Shown here piece after piece: positions 63,315-64,000 of a stretch of DNA of 64,000 nt (positions within the stretch are counted from its first letter, which is position 1; each line of letters begins with the position of its first letter). The notes beneath the pieces were generated by a model. It was not told the origin of the DNA, made no database searches, and worked only from the letters and a program-made list of their open reading frames with translations. A program made the translations under genes and the position numbers. Source of the DNA: Takakia lepidozioides (lineage: Eukaryota; Plantae; Bryophyta). The stretch is from NCBI GenBank assembly GCA_030704615.1, contig CM060732.1, forward strand, positions 67,642,001 through 67,706,000, read 5' to 3'.

Positions 63315-64000
63315 GTAGGCATTTCTGAACTTCTTGTCTGCACGGCATCCATCTTCCTGTGTCCGTCCGTGTGTCCTACGTATCCTGGCACACATTGTGT
63401 GCGTCATGCGTCCTTTACGCCTGTTGGTCTATTGCGCAAGAGTAGCGTGGGCCCTCTCACATCTATGTGTCTCCCTCGCTCTTGGAATTAATCGTCTTTC
63501 ATGTCATTTGGGGAGCCGTAAATTATTCCCAAAGCCCTCTTCGTAAGTCCAGAACGGGTCATGCTTTCTGCACTCCTTGCCTCTCACATGTGCAGTGCTA
63601 TAATCTCCAGCATTCTGGGATTTATTCCCAAGTTCGGAATCCATGTCTTGTGCCACTCTTGTTACTTCACCACAAGCTTGCGATTGCAAGAAACCTACTT
63701 GCATGTAAGCTGTTGAGCTCTCCCTCGAGTAATTGCTGAGATTCTCCTCTCTTGTGTTCCCTTGTCGAGCAGCCTCCAGACACTTGGCTCTAGATGAAAG
63801 TTTGTTCACAAAGCCTCCCTGGCCCTATATTTTAGATAGTTGCTTTTCATATGTTGGTCTTGCATTGTTGCAATTCTAGTTCGGTTCTTAAATATAACAT
63901 GAACTCCATCTGTGCTGATACTGTCGCAGTCAAACAATGTGGATTCACTCTGAATACAAATTGTAATCCGACCTTGCAGAGCTCAACCAGGGCTCTTGTT

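Overview
Eukaryotic land-plant DNA, bryophyte-like (PPR-DYW remnant, auxilin-like, BCL7-like and RPA-interacting genes with spliceosomal introns). Positions 1-46.5 kb are a nested transposon cluster; 50-64 kb are gene-rich. Main observations: (1) Two copies of a Ty3/gypsy-type retroelement (1-8512 minus; 28833-43160 plus) carry a DNMT3-like C5-cytosine methyltransferase inside the polyprotein, between protease and reverse transcriptase. (2) The copy with both ends visible has a permuted terminal structure, A-internal-PPT-B-A-B, bounded by a 4-bp target-site duplication. This fits integration of a two-LTR circle through an internal palindrome (GACAGCTGTC). Both copies also have a Tf1-like self-priming PBS. 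(3) That copy splits a multi-exon pseudogene with a ParB/Srx-like DGNHR domain and a C-terminal beta-class N6/N4 DNA methyltransferase. Its putative introns, and those of a second partial copy, contain arrays of palindromes sharing a CGTCAACG core. Also present: a CACTA element with captured RPS3a/PPR fragments, a nested chromovirus and hAT-type MITEs. All calls come from manual motif reading; no searches were run.
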